Assembly: GCA_964016885.1 (NCBI GenBank) | Contig: OZ024747.1 | Location: 24,738,001-24,802,000, forward strand | Direction: 5' to 3' | Origin: Eledone cirrhosa | Taxonomy: Eukaryota | Length of the DNA stretch: 64,000 bases | In this document: positions 27,973 through 41,934 of the stretch, piece after piece | How positions within the stretch are numbered: the stretch's first letter is position 1 | Layout of the letters: each line of letters begins with the position of its first letter | Translations under genes and position numbers: made by a program | The notes under the pieces: model-generated | What the model was told of the DNA's origin: nothing | The model's input: only the letters and a program-made list of their open reading frames with translations | The model's database searches: none

Positions 27973-28576
27973 AAAGGATGTAAATAATATATTCACAATA
28001 CGCAGTTGTAGAAGCTTTAGAAAACATTAACCATTAATGGCCATATATTTCGAAGAACCTTGTGCTCAATATAATCTGGGTTGGAAGTCTATTAGCCGTA
28101 TCTTTATTCCTGTTTGTGTATTTTAGTAAAGTAATTTGATTGATCTGTAATCTAGTCACGTTGCATTGGTCTACTTTCTATCTAGTTTCTATTGAAATAG
28201 AGAAAACTGACTTCAGTTGTACAGATGTTGGAGAGTGATGTGATGTGTGTAGTTTTACAGTCAATCTACTCTTCTTTATAGTTCAGTAATTTTCAACATG
28301 AAAAGGTGAAATTAAGGATGACACTTCAATAACATTGATTGCAAGTTTGCTTCCAGTAGTCTACAGCTCTAAAGATAGCCTTGTATATTTAACCTTTATC
28401 ACTACGACCCTTGTTTTCAACAACATATACTTGTTAGAATACTGAATGGTCAAGAAGTTCGCTTTGCAATCCTAAGATCAAGGGTTCGATCCTATTGCAT
28501 GGTATCTTGGGCAAGTTTCTGTACCATAGACATATGCTCACTCTATACCTCTCGTTTGGGGCAGTATTTATGTTTG

Positions 28577-28984
28577 TTAACCATTTAACATTTGCATTAC
28601 TCTATATTTACTATACGAGGTTGACTTTGCCTTTCATCCTTACGGGGTCGATAAAATAAAGTACCAGTAATGCACTGGGTAATTGCTGGCCTTGTGCCTA
28701 AAGTAGAAACAATTAATATTGTATTTTTGTGGTATTGTTCTCAAAATAAAAAGTATCAAAAGCTCATAGATTTGATATTATGTGAGATGATTATGTATTT
28801 TCATGGCAAAGGCTTTACCTCACATAATTATCTCACATAATATCAAATCTATGAGATTTTGATATTATTTATTTTGAGAACAATACCTTAACAACAGCAT
28901 GAGTGGCCAGTTACAGCTGATTTGAACAGAAAGAGGTGAGAGAATTCTGGCTTGATACGGCCAGTTTAAATGCTAAAGGCTTAA
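28577..28984. mobile_element. TTAA-flanked piggyBac-type MITE with nested SINE A 3' half
   Basis: TTAA at both ends; degenerate TIR matching 29111-29339; internal palindrome at 28734-28884. Confidence 0.65.
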
Positions 28985-29110
28985 GACATAAGCATCGCTG
29001 GGTAGTTGAGAAGTTTGCTTCACCATCATGAAGTCCCGAATTTGATCCCACTGTGTGACATCTTGATCAAAGTTTCAAGATAATACTATAATCCTTATTA
29101 TGAACATAAC

Positions 29111-29339
29111 TTAACCCTTTAGCATTTACATTACTCTATATTTACTATTATATTTTCACAGTAAAGACTTCATCTCACATAACTATCTCCCATAATATCG
29201 AATCTATGAAATTTTGATATTATTTATTTTGAGAACAATACCTTAATGTAAATATGAGCAGCCAGTTATGGCTGGTTTGAACAGAAAGAGGTGAGAGAAT
29301 TCTGGCCAGATATGGCCGGGTTAAATGCTAAAGGGTTAA
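29111..29339. mobile_element. piggyBac-type MITE
   Basis: TTAA-CCCTTTAGCATTTA ... TAAATGCTAAAGGG-TTAA: perfect 14-bp TIR and TTAA target site. Confidence 0.85.
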
Positions 29340-30717
29340 TATTTGTTAGAATGCAGGCATGGCTGAATGGTTAAGAAATTCACCTCACAATCCCACAGTA
29401 GGCAAGTGTCTTTACCATAGCCATGAACTGACATATGTCTCATGGATGAATTTAGATAGACTGAAACTGTGTGGAAGCCTGTTAGATGGATTGTACCTGT
29501 AATTTAAATATCCAGCCTTGTCATATGTTATGTCACACTGATTTGACTTCAGAATTACATTAAGGGTACACGTGTCTGTGGAATACTCAACCACTAACAC
29601 ATTAATTCAGAAGTTGGATGTCCAATCGATCAATTGATTGGAATAGTCATCATTAAAACTAACAGGGAACCCATCAATATTATCATCATCATCACCATCC
29701 ACATCATCATCAACAACATCTTTGACATCATCAACATTATAACCATCATCACCAATATCATCACCATCATCACCACCACCACCAAAATCATCATCACCAT
29801 CACTATCATCATCACCATCACCAAGTAGCAGTGATGATAGTGATAGCAGTGACAATGGCAGTTGTTGTGGTGGTGGTGGTGGTGGTGGTGGTGGCAGTTA
29901 TGGTGGTGATGTTGATGGAAGAGATAGTGTTGGTAATGGTGATAGGAGCCTTAGTTTGAACATGTGGACACATATTGTGAGAGCCTCTTTTCATTTAATT
30001 TCTTACCATTTTCCGGTGATTCATAGACAACATAAGATGTTTAATGGAAACTCAATTAAGAAATGCTATTCTTGTAAAAAATGTTCAAGATCCATTCAAA
30101 TAATAATAATACAATCTTTTTTTCTTACTTGTAATTGCATTGCCCATAACAATTGTCTTTTGTAATACCCAACCATGTAACAACAGTGTACTCAGAAATT
30201 ATATTGAATTAACTGAAGACTGCTTTAAAGTTTGCCTTCATCAGCATATTCATACATTCAAGAAATTATAAAAATATTTTCCACAAGCCTCTCCAAGCAC
30301 ATTTGTTTATTTTTTTAAGAAACAGTATCGACAGCATCTAAAATTCAATGGTCTATTCTTAGGCACATCATTTTATATAACCACGGCAATTTTTGGTGAA
30401 ATTTATCCTGTAAACGATACTTAAGCCAGAAATTAAATTATTTCAAGACAACTACAGATTAAACAAAAGACCAGAGATGAGATACTATTATAGACATGCC
30501 TTGAATTATTTACTTTGTAGTTATGTACCTTGAGCTGGCTGGTGGAAGCAGCAATATGTAATTTGTTTGGTTGAATAGTCAGAAAAATATGTATGTATAT
30601 ATGTATGTATATATATATGTATATATGTATGTATATATATATGTATGTATATATATATATGTATATATGTATGTATATATGTATGTATATATATATGTAT
30701 ATATGTATGTATGTATG

Positions 30718-30751
<34 letters not shown>

Positions 30752-30756
30752 TGTAT

Positions 30757-33426
30757 GAGTGCTGGACGGACCACCGCCTGGTACGCGCAAAAGTGAATCT
30801 AATCACCAAACGTAAAATCCGGGCTCCTGGTGTTACCCTGCCCAAAAGATTGAATGCTGCTCGTCTTAAGGATAAAAATGTGAAGAGGACATTGGAAGAA
30901 GAGATGCAGGCTGCAGATCTTGGTGAGGATTGGCCGACCCTTAAAAAGTCGGTTTATGATGTAGGCAGACGTGTTCTGGGATTGGTGCAGAGAAAACATC
31001 AGGACTGGTTTAATGAGAAAGATGTGCATATAGATGACTTGTTGGCTGATAAGAGGCGCGCTCTGTCACGCTACTTGACGGCAAGACCACAGGAGAGGAA
31101 TACGTTGCATGAGGAGCTCAGGGATGTAAAATCACGTGTTAGGCGGAGTCTTTCTCAGATGAAGGATCAGTGGTGGAGTGAGAAGGCTGGTGAGATACAA
31201 ACTGCGTCTGATTGCAATAACACAAAGCTGTTGTACAGTCTCTTGCGTGAGGTTTATGGACCGTCTTCTTCTCTGGTGACACCGATTCGCAGCAAGGATG
31301 GCAAAGAACTTCTTCGTGACTCACAGGGAATTCTACGAAGGTGGCGAGAGCACTTTGATGATCTTTTGAATCAGCCGTCTGTCGTCAGTGAAGATTTCCT
31401 CAATCTCATTCCGGAAAGTCCTGTGAAAGTAGCTCTCGCAGAGCCTCCGACACTTGTGGAGGTTGCAGTGGCTATTTCGAAGCTGAACAGTGGAAGATCT
31501 CCAGGTATGGATGGCATACATGCTGAGCTCCTACAATATGGTGGTGAGAGACTCCTGCAACATCTTCACTCTCTGTTTGGAGGGATATGGGCTAATGAAT
31601 CTGTGCCTGAGGACTGGAGAGATGCAGTAATGGTGGTCTTGTACAAGGGAAAGGGTAACAGGAATGATTGTGGGAACTACAGAGGTATATCATTGCTTTC
31701 TGTCGTGGGGAAAGTTTTATGTAGGGTGCTTCTGGACCGTCTGCTGACACACATTGCAGATTGTGTCCTTCCTGAAAGTCAATCTGGTTTTCGTGTTGGA
31801 CGCGGCACTACTGATATGATCTTCTCAGCTAGACAGCTCCAGGAGAAGTGCATTGAACAGGGCTTGGATCTGTATCAGGTTTTTGTCGATCTGACAAAGG
31901 CTTTCGATACTGTCAACAGAGATGCATTATGGAAGGTTCTCCAGAAACTTGGTTGCCCTGATAAGTTCCTTGCTTTAGTTAGGTCTTTCCATGACGACAT
32001 GAAGGCTTGGGTTAATGTCGGAGGTAACATGTCGGAGCCTATCTCAGTAAAAAATGGAGTGAAACAGGGGGATATTCCAGCACCGACCCTGTTTGCCATA
32101 TACTTTGCAATGGTTTTCTGTATTGCATTCAGGAATTGCGAGCATGGTGTTTACATCCGATATCGAACCTCAGGCAGCATATTTAACATCAGGCGCTTTG
32201 CTGCGAAGACAAAAGTATTTACATCAGTCATAAGAGACCTCTTGTATGCAGATGATTGCGATCTTGTAGCGCACACAGAGAGTGATATGCAGCACATTTT
32301 GAATGTATTTTCTGACGCTTGCACTGCCCTGGGTTTGACTGTCAGTGTCAAGAAAACCGTCGTCATGTACCAACCTGCACCTGGTAGGCAGTACACTGAA
32401 CCAAACATCTATGTGTATGGCAAACGACTTGGAGTGGTTGATCAGTTTGTCTACCTGGGAAGCACTGTCAATCGATACGGCAACCTTGACAGTGAAATCT
32501 CACTTAGGATTAGGAAAGCAAGTGATGCTTTCGGAAAGCTAGAAAGGCGTCTCTGGGGTCGGCGAGACATATGCAGGAGGACAAAGGTAAGGGTGTACAG
32601 GGCATGTGTACTCTCTTGTCTTCTTTATGCCTGCGAGACCTGGGTCACATATCGACGCCACCTTAAGCAATTGGAGCGTTTCCATCAGATGTGTCTCAGA
32701 CGGATACATGGCGTTCGCTGGAGGGACCACATCAGTGATGTCGAGATTTTGGAAAGCTCTATGTGTGACAGTATAGAAGCTCTTGTGCTTAAGCAGCGAC
32801 TCCGTTGGAGTGGTCACCTTGCCAGGATGAAGGATTCTAGAATACCAAAACAACTCTTCTATGGAGAGTTGGTTAAAGGAAAACGACCGCCACATAAACC
32901 AAAAAAGAGGTATAAGGATTCCTTGAAAGCCTCTCTGAAAGACGCTAACATCTCTGCTGATACATGGGAAAATATTGCTGCTGATCGTAATAAATGGAGA
33001 AAGACTGTATATGAGGGAAAAGTTGCCTTTGAGGCATCTCGAATCGCACACGAGAAAGTAAAGCGGGACGTGAGGAAGGGTATTGCTGTTGCACTTCCAG
33101 ACGGCGAGGGTCCTCCTATGGTGCTGACATGCAGCGTCTGTGCGAGACTCTGCCTAAGCAAAGCTGGACTCGAAAGTCATCTTCGCAGTCATAAAGTATG
33201 ACCAGTGGTTGACTACCAGGCTGCTGTTGGAGATGCTACTCATCATGCTTGCCAAACATGTGGTAGAGAATGTAAATCAGCAGGAGGACTCAAGCGACAT
33301 GCAAAAGTACATGAACTCCAACCACAGCCGACTATTCCCAGTAAATGTTTTGGTTGCCGACTCTGTGCAAGACATTTTAGATCATTGGCTGGGCTAAAAA
33401 GCCACATTCGATCGCAGCACTGTTAG
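30757..33426 (+). CDS. RTE ORF (RT + 3 C2H2 fingers) with one internal TGA at 33199-33201
   Basis: ORFs 30571-33201 and 33205-33426 are in the same frame. The first ~62 aa of the listed ORF are microsatellite. Confidence 0.85.
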
Positions 33427-33545
33427 TTGCTATCGTGTGTTTGTGTGTGTGTGTGTGTGTAGATATGCTTATGTGCGTGCGTGTGTGTGTATATATATAT
33501 GAATATGTATATTATTATTGTTGTTGTCGTTATTATTATTATTGC

Positions 33546-33594
<49 letters not shown>

Positions 33595-33714
33595 GTTATT
33601 AATGTATGTGTGTATATATGTGTGAGTGTATGTGTATGTATGTGTGTGTGTATATATGTATGTATATGTATGTATGTGTGTGTATATATATGTGTATATA
33701 TATATGTATGTATA

Positions 33715-33751
<37 letters not shown>

Positions 33752-33757
33752 TTTCCC

Positions 33758-33828
<71 letters not shown>

Positions 33829-33915
33829 TATTTATTTATTTTTTTTTTTTTTATTTTTATTGTGCAATGGCCATACTCGATAACGAGGGGGCAGCCATCA
33901 TCATGTATGTATGTA
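30757..33915 (+). mobile_element. 5'-truncated RTE-clade (BovB-like) LINE with C-terminal C2H2 zinc fingers
   Basis: APE end motif WTDHRLV; RT motifs [33 protein letters not shown]; RLRWSGH; three C2H2 fingers. The 3' terminus runs into (ATGT)n. Confidence 0.93.
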
Positions 33916-33949
33916 TCCCAGTATGTATATATGTATGTATGTATGTATG

Positions 33950-34540
33950 CATTATCCCAGTACAACCTGTCTCATGGGCGGGTCGTTGGCGACTAAACTG
34001 GCAACCCCACCAAGGTTTCTTGGTGAGGAGGGTGACTTTGGACATCCTGCAGGACTAAAAACAAAACCTGTCAAAGAGCAAAGGAGCTCTTAAGAGTCAA
34101 TGGCCTTCCAAAATCACCAGGAGAGATGACCCCTTAGCCTTTGTCAAGGCAGAATTCTAGGAGAAGGAAAACTCTGATATAACACCTGCAACCCTGATGG
34201 TATCCAATGATGTTGACTTGTTCTTCTTTTTGGTAAATATCATCTTGGTTAAGAGAGTGGGACTGGCTTTGTGCAGTGCCTTTGCTCACTATAAAAGCTT
34301 CACGGCACAGGCATTGCTTTATATCTGGAGATCTCTCTGCACTTGTCGTCATATGGTACCATGGGCCCAGCACTATGTGTCAATAATTGTCACAAGTGTA
34401 GTGTTTGTACCAGAGTTTTCAAGTCGCTGGCTGGACTAAAAAGTCACACTCGTTCAGCGCATCGGTAGAGGTTCTCCTACATGGATATAAAGTAGTGGCC
34501 GTACTCGAAAACGAGTTGGCAGCCACCATGTATGTATGTA
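33950..34540 (+). mobile_element. Short, internally deleted RTE-derived element
   Basis: A GC-richer 5' block is followed by a decayed zinc-finger remnant ([19 protein letters not shown]) and the same 3' hairpin and (ATGT)n tail as the upstream LINE. Confidence 0.65.
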
Positions 34541-34599
34541 TGTATGTATATATATATCTATGTATGTATATATATATGTATGTATGTATATATATATGT

Positions 34600-34630
<31 letters not shown>

Positions 34631-34808
34631 TATATATATGTATGTATATATGTATATATATATGTATATATATATATTTATATATATATATTCATTAGTT
34701 TAGCAAAACAAGACCACAAATTTCACAAGGAAGACATTATTAAAAGATTGTCAACATATTTTAGTTTGATGTAAGGAATGTAGAGAATAATAATAATAAT
34801 ATTAATAA

Positions 34809-34992
34809 TAATTGTTCCTACTTTTGGCACAAGGCCAGCAATTACCCAGTATATTACTGGTACTTTATTTTATCGACCCCGTAAGGATGAAAGGCAAAGT
34901 TAACCTCGGCGGGATTTGAACTCAGATCGTAAAGGGACGTAACTACGCTGGAAAGCATGTCTGACCCTCTACCGATACTGCTAATTCACCGC
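34809..34992 (-). mobile_element. SINE family A
   Basis: Reverse complement of the family A sequence. Confidence 0.85.
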
Positions 34993-36188
34993 AATTAATA
35001 ATATTAATAATAATAATGTCCGTTTACAATTGTTTCGCTACTCCATATAATATTTCTGGATCAAATGATTATATATCATTATTGATCTGGTTCAGTTCAA
35101 AATATGTATATATATATATATATGTATATATCATTTCATGATCATTTCATCATTTCATTTTACATCTGCTTTTCCCTGCTTGCAAGGGTGGGACGGGAAC
35201 CTGATTCTGGCTTGATTTCTACAGCTGAATGTCCTTCCTAACACCAACCTCATTTACAGTGAGTGCTGGGTGCTTTTTTTCCGTGGTGCCTGCATGTCCA
35301 CTTTGCAGTGGAATGATAGAGACCCCAGTCCCTATCATCTCATTTCTACAGCTGAGTAAACTGGAGCAATGTGAAATAAAGTGTCTTGCTCAAGGAAACA
35401 ACACATCACTCGGTCTGAGAATTGAACTCACAACTTTTCGATTGCAAGGCCAATGCTCTAACCACTAAGCCATGTGCCTCCATATATATATATGCATTAA
35501 TATCAGCATATCGTGTAGTCTTCTTAGATCCGTTGAAGTGAAAGGTACAAATTTTCCTGGAGACCCGCAGATGAGCACAGGAATTCTGGCTTTCACCTAA
35601 TAATTCACTTAATAATTTCACTTAATAATTCTTGGTCTGTCCGGGTATCAAAGGCTATTGCCCAATATAGGTTTGTTATTTTTATTGATTTATTACTTTA
35701 AATCGAGTCAGGCAAACCATATTGTTTTAAATTAGTATTTTTTCAACCTAGCTAACTTGGTCATTTGCAATTGGAACACATGTATACTTATATTTGTGTT
35801 TATCCCTCTCATATATCTATTTATATTACACGGCTTGGAAAGATTCTCTTCTTTGAGCTATTTAATTGTAAAAGACTATTTTGAGTTTATAACTCAATCT
35901 ATGTTATATATATATATAATTCAAGAAATAAGAGTAACATGGTTGTCTGTACAATAAGGGCTTTATTCACAGTGCTGACAATTGTTTCTTTGATCTGGTA
36001 GGTCTAGAGTTCGCTAATCGTTAGATGTTGCATCAATCGATCTCCAATACTTTGTTTATAACCACTTAATTCATCAGAGCGAGCGAATGTGAGGATAATA
36101 CGCAAAGCATGGCTTTTATAGAGGAGTGGTATTAGACCAGAACAATAATATCAATAACAAAATAACTAGATACTGAGTAGTTAAACTA

Positions 36189-36378
36189 ATAACTGTTTCT
36201 ACTTTAGGCACAAGGCCAGCAATTACCCAGTGCATTACTGGTACTTTATTTTATCGACCCCGTAAGGATGAAAAGCAAAGTCAACCTCGGCGGGATTTGA
36301 ACTCAGATCGTAAAGGGACGTAACTATGCTGGAAAGCATGGCGTCCGACCCTCCACCGATACTGCCAATCCACCGCCC
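36189..36378 (-). mobile_element. SINE family A with TSD
   Basis: Reverse complement of family A. TSD AGTAGTTAAACTAATAAC at about 36176 and 36403. Confidence 0.85.
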
Positions 36379-37295
36379 TATTAAAAGTTAAAGTAGTTAA
36401 TTAGTAGTTAAACTAATAACATCAATATAAGTGAGACATAGAATATAATGATAAAATGATAAAACTAGCATGGTAACCGAACTGATATGATACAGATGTA
36501 TGAAATTGACATGTGAAAACTACTATAGGTTACTTTAGATGTACCCAGAGTCAGATTTTTGGAATCTGCCCCTTTAAGTGATCTAGATACAAGTGAGCTG
36601 TGGGTCTAAAGGCACGCTAGCAATAAACCGGAGATTGATTTATGGTCTGACAGATAAATATTTTCGTTGTATTAACTTAGTTATATTGATAAAGTGAGTG
36701 TATAAAGATATATGGTTCTTAGGTAGTATTAAGTGAAATTGTAGATTCAGTATTTTAAGGTTTAGGTGGCTTATTCTAAATGTTGGTATTGCTAGTTCGA
36801 ATCATGGGGATTTAGTTTTCACAACTTCGATGACAGATAGCGTATAATTAAGACAATAAATCAACAAAAAAAATGCATGGTAAATAGATAGAGAACATGA
36901 TGAATAAAATAAGGGATAGGGTACATTGAGATGATCATAATATTAATAAGAAGAAAATAAGAAAATAAGAGTTTCAAGGAGTGTCAGGGTAATAAGATAA
37001 TGTACTTAGAATTAATTTCATCTGTTAGAGATCATGGGTGCTAATATAAGATATGTAGATATAATTGCTTGGTCCGAAAGAATAAACAACAGCAAAGGCT
37101 AGATTGATTTATGGGCTGACATGATTATTGGTAGATGTTTGTAGATATTACTGCCCCATCTTGGTGGTATAGATGTAGGGAGGCTGGAAGATGTTTATAA
37201 AAGATTATGGTTCTGAGGTGGGCTGTGTGAGAATGCAAATTTTATATCTTAAATTCTAAGTGATTTTCCATTAATATAGGGGATGCTGGTTCGAA

Positions 37296-37620
37296 TCACG
37301 GTGGTTTAAATCTCGTAAATTTAGTAGCAATCCTATGTCTGCAGAAAATTGACTTTTCTATTTGGCTGTTAAGCAGCATTTTATTGTACCTTAATATATG
37401 TAGCAATTCAAGGTTGCAGAGCCCGCAATGGGACATACCGCTGCTATAGGCCTTTGCGGCTACTAATTTCAACCAGCTAATCAAGGAGTACTTAGCTTTG
37501 ATAAGCACACAAAAAGTACGAAACAGAGCTCTGTCAGCTTTATCTCTCCTGTTTGCTGAAAATTAAAGTAAGTGAGACTGTCACTAATCTAAAACAATAG
37601 CGTATGGTCTTCGAAATGCT
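37296..37620 (-). pseudogene. C-terminal remnant of a Naiad-like PLE GIY-YIG domain
   Basis: ISW...AKAYSSGMSHCGLCNLELLHIL...LLN...FCRH aligns with LHW...ARSYNGNKRPCDLCAAEALEIL...ILN...ACKH at 50237-50533. Confidence 0.7.
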
Positions 37621-37679
37621 TTTAATTAAGCATACAGTGTATTGCAAAATACACTATATATACATTCATATATATATAC

Positions 37680-39324
37680 CAGGAGAAGTACCTAGCTAAA
37701 AGTAAACCTTTCTACTTAGCTTTTGTAGACCTGGAAGAAGCCTTTGAGAGAGTCGCCCGCTCCATTATCTGGAGGGCTCTTAGAAAACTAAGTGTAGATG
37801 AATGGCTTGTGAGAGCTATACAAGCTATGTATAATGAAACAGTCAATAAGGTTAGAATTAACAATGAATATTGTGAAGAATTTAGTGTAAAAGTTGGTGT
37901 TCACCAAGGCTCTGTCCTTAGCCCCCTCCTATTTATTATTGCCCTTCAGGCTATAACAGAGGAGTTCAAGACCGGCTACCCATGGGAACTCCTATACGCA
38001 GATGATCTAACGCTCATAGTTGAATCAATGGCTGAACTAGAAAAGAAATTCCAAACATGGAAGCATGGCCTAGAATCAAAAGGCCTTAAAGTTAACTTGT
38101 CTAAGACTAAAGTCCTAGTTTGTAGAAAGGAAAATAAGGCACAGGTACCCTCAGGGAAATGGCCTTGCTCAGTGTGTAGGAAAGGAGTAGGCAGAAACTC
38201 CATTTTATGTCCCAAATGCAAAGTATGGGTACATAAAAGATGTAGTGGGATCACAGGTAAACTATCTAAGAATGTAGACTTTATATGTGGCCAATGTTCA
38301 GGTGCAATAAGTAGCAAGTGTCCACAGGATACTAGCCCCTTCTATTGCCCAGATGGTTCTATAGAAATAGTAGACACTGTCCGTTACCTGGATGACAAAA
38401 TCAGCAGTGGTGGAGAGTGTTCTGAAAGTACAGCCAGAGTCAGAACGGGATGGAAAAAGTTCAGAGAGCTTATACCGCTGTTGGCCACAAAAGGTTTCTC
38501 TCTAAAAATGAAAGGCAGATTGTATGATGCTTGTATACGAACAGCAATGCTACATGGCAGTGAGACATGGGCATTACATGAAGAGGACCTGTGTAGACTG
38601 GAAAGGAACGAAGCATGCATGCTCCGTTGGATGTGTAATAGTAATATACGTGAATGCCAAAGCATAAATGAACTGAGAAATTAGGAATAAGAGGGATCAG
38701 ATGCTGTTTACTCGAGAGAAGACTACGTTGGTACGGTCACGTGATGCGCATGAAAGACGACAGCTGTATAAAAAAGTGCAGGGCGATCAAAATTGATGGT
38801 AGTTTCGGAGAAGGTAGACCCAGAAAAACCTGGGACGATCTGATAAATTCCGACCTTACACACTTGCACCTCTCTAAAACAATGTCACTGGACCAAGATC
38901 TTTGGCGCTACGCAGTAATACAGAAGACCCGCCTTGCCTATGTACAAAGCGAAACCTACAGTCAGTAGGCATCTCTTAACCAAATATACTCCCCAATCCA
39001 CTACCCCTACCCTATTCTCCCACTCCCACCAACACCACCCTCTCTCTATAAAGTTGGTACCACAACATCCAGTCCAAATAAATGAGATAATGAGATTGAG
39101 ATCGAGATCGTGTAGGTGTCACGACAAAAAACACACAGTCCACGCTGTAATGTGGCCATGTAGGTAACACGGTAAAAAGTTCCCAGTTCCACACTGTAAA
39201 TGTGGTTGGTGTTAGGAAGGGCATCCAGCCATAGAAAACCTGCCAGATAGTCCTATAGTGGGACAACTCCTGTCTACCCATGCTAGCGTGGAAATGGACG
39301 TTAAAACGAAGATGATGATGATGA
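37680..39324 (+). mobile_element. 5'-truncated RTE LINE with a PHD finger inserted after the RT core
   Basis: GVHQGSVLSP and LLYADD, then CSVC...CPKC...HKRC...CGQC (C4HC3), then MLHGSETW and GRPRKTW. Ends in a (GAT)n tail. Confidence 0.9.
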
Positions 39325-39330
39325 TATATG

Positions 39331-39393
<63 letters not shown>

Positions 39394-39418
39394 GTATATA
39401 TATGTATATATATATATG

Positions 39419-39509
<91 letters not shown>

Positions 39510-39623
39510 GTATATGTTTATGTATATATGTATATGTATATATATGCATGTATATATATATAGATGTATATGTGTATATATGTATATATATATATGTATA
39601 TATATATATATGTATAGATATAT

Positions 39624-40958
39624 ATCATCATCATCGTTTAACGTCCATGTTCCACGCTTGCATGGTTTTGGACGGGAGTTTTCCCACTTGAGGCAAGAGT
39701 GGTTGTCATTGCTCGCATAGGACTATCCGGCGGGTTTTCTACAGCTGGATGCCCTTCCTAACACCAACCACATTTACAGTGTGGGGCTGGGAGGTTTTTA
39801 CCGTATTGCCTACACGGCCACATTACAGCGTGGACTGTGTGTTTTTTTGTCGTGACACCTACACGATCTCATTTGTTTCGGCCTGGATGTTGTGGCACCA
39901 ACATAACTTTACATTGAAAGGGGCGGTGTGGATGGGGTGGGGGTGGTGGGACGGGGGTGTATTTTGTTAGAGATGCCTACTGACTGTAGTAGGTTTTACT
40001 TTGTATTTAGGTAAGGCGGGTCTTCTCTATTACTGAGTACCGCCAAAGGTCTCGGTCCAGTTACATTGTCTTGGAGAGGTGTAAGTGTGTGAGGTCGGAA
40101 TTTATCAGCTCGTCCCAGGTTTTTCTGGGTCTGCCTACTCCGAGGCTACCGTCTATCTTTATTGCCCTGCACTTTGTTATACAGCTGTCGTCTTTCATGC
40201 GCATCACGTGACCATACCAACGTAGCCTTCTCTCGAGTAAACAACATCTGATCCCTCTTATTTCTAATTTTCTCCTTAATTCGTTTATGCTTTGCCATTC
40301 ACGTATATTACTATTACACATCCAGCAGAGCATGCAAGCTTCGTTCCACTCTAGTCTGCATATATCCTCTGTACACAATGCCCAGGTCTCACTGCCATGC
40401 AACATTGCTGTTCGTATGCAGGCATCATACAACCTGCCTTTCATTTTTAGGGAGAACCCTTTAGCGGCTAATAGTGGTATAAGCTCTCTGAACTTTTTCC
40501 ATCCAGTTCTAACTCTAGCTACTGTACTTTCAGAGCACCCTCCCCCACTGCTGATTTTGTCACCCAGGTAACAGAAGCTGTCCACTATTTCTATAGAACC
40601 CTCTGCGCAATTGAAAGAGCTAGTATTTTGTGGGCACTTGCTGCTACTTATTGCACCAGAACACCGGCCACATGTAAAATCTATGTTCGTAGTTAGCTTA
40701 CCTGTGATCCCACTACATCTTTTATGCACCCATACTTTGCATTTGGGACATAAAATGGAGTTTCTACCTACGCCTTTCCTACACACTGAGCATGGCCATT
40801 TCCTACAAACTAGAACTTAGCCAGGTTAATTTTAAGGCCTTTTGATTCTAGGCCGTGCTTCCATGTTTGGAATTTCTTCTCTAGCTCGGCCATTGATTCA
40901 GCTATGAGCGTTAGATCATCTGCGTATAGGAGTTCCCATGGGCAGCCGGTCTTGAACT
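39624..40958 (-). mobile_element. RTE LINE (PHD family), tail-to-tail with the previous copy
   Basis: ORF 40061-40786 is homologous to 38175-38885. Tail appears as (ATC)n on the plus strand at 39624. Confidence 0.9.
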
Positions 40959-40965
40959 ATATATG

Positions 40966-41108
<143 letters not shown>

Positions 41109-41118
41109 GTATATGTAT

Positions 41119-41166
<48 letters not shown>

Positions 41167-41316
41167 TGTTATACTTTGGGAGGGTCATGTTGCCAATAAG
41201 AAACACACGCACCAGTTGCTTTCACTTCAATTTATTATAATAAATTTATAAATTTAGGAATTTATAAATTTCCGGTTGGTTGGTTGGTTCCATAATCAGA
41301 TGGTTGTTTATATATT

Positions 41317-41360
41317 GTCAAAGTTCTTTCGTCACACATTCTGTGACCTCTTCAGTGACT
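41317..41360 (-). ncRNA. Hammerhead ribozyme (family A)
   Basis: On the minus strand: GTCA-CTGAAGA-GGTCACA-GAA-TGTGTGAC-GAAA-GAA-CTT-TGAC. Confidence 0.75.
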
Positions 41361-41934
41361 GGGGATTCTTTTCTTTGTTTTTGTGCCTCTCCTTTGTTCT
41401 GTCCTACGCCATTTTCTTTCTGTGTGTGTGTTGTGTGCTCAGTCTGCACATGCGCCACATCCGGGTGTCTGTGTGTGTTTATATTCGTTTATTTATTTGT
41501 TTATTTACATGTTATAGGTTGGTTGTTTGTTCTATGTGCGTGTGTGTTTTCATTTTGTCCTTAATTGTAAGTTGTGATGTTGCTGTTCCACTCATATTTT
41601 CTATTTAATTTTGGTTGTAATTCTTTTATGTTTATTGCCCCTGTGATTTGTCTAAACATTGCGTCTTTTCTGTGTGTAGATTCTATTTTTATTTCTGTTC
41701 TCTAATTTACCCTTATGTTCTATTTTAGCATGTTGGTAGAGTACAGATGATTCTTTACTATCTTGAAGGTCTCGCCAGTGTTCATTTATCCGTTCCCCTA
41801 CACTACGAGCTGTCTCACCTATGTACACTATATTTTTGTCTCTACATTGTCCTTCAGTACATCTTATGCTATATACTACATTTCTAGTTTTACAGTTAAT
41901 ATGGGGGCTTAATTTACAGGTTATACATTTCTTA

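Noticed and set aside
36030-36085. Minus-strand CTGATGA in the 3' UTR of the 37.3-kb PLE remnant as a hammerhead
   Set aside because: No GAAA at the proper place and no convincing stem I.
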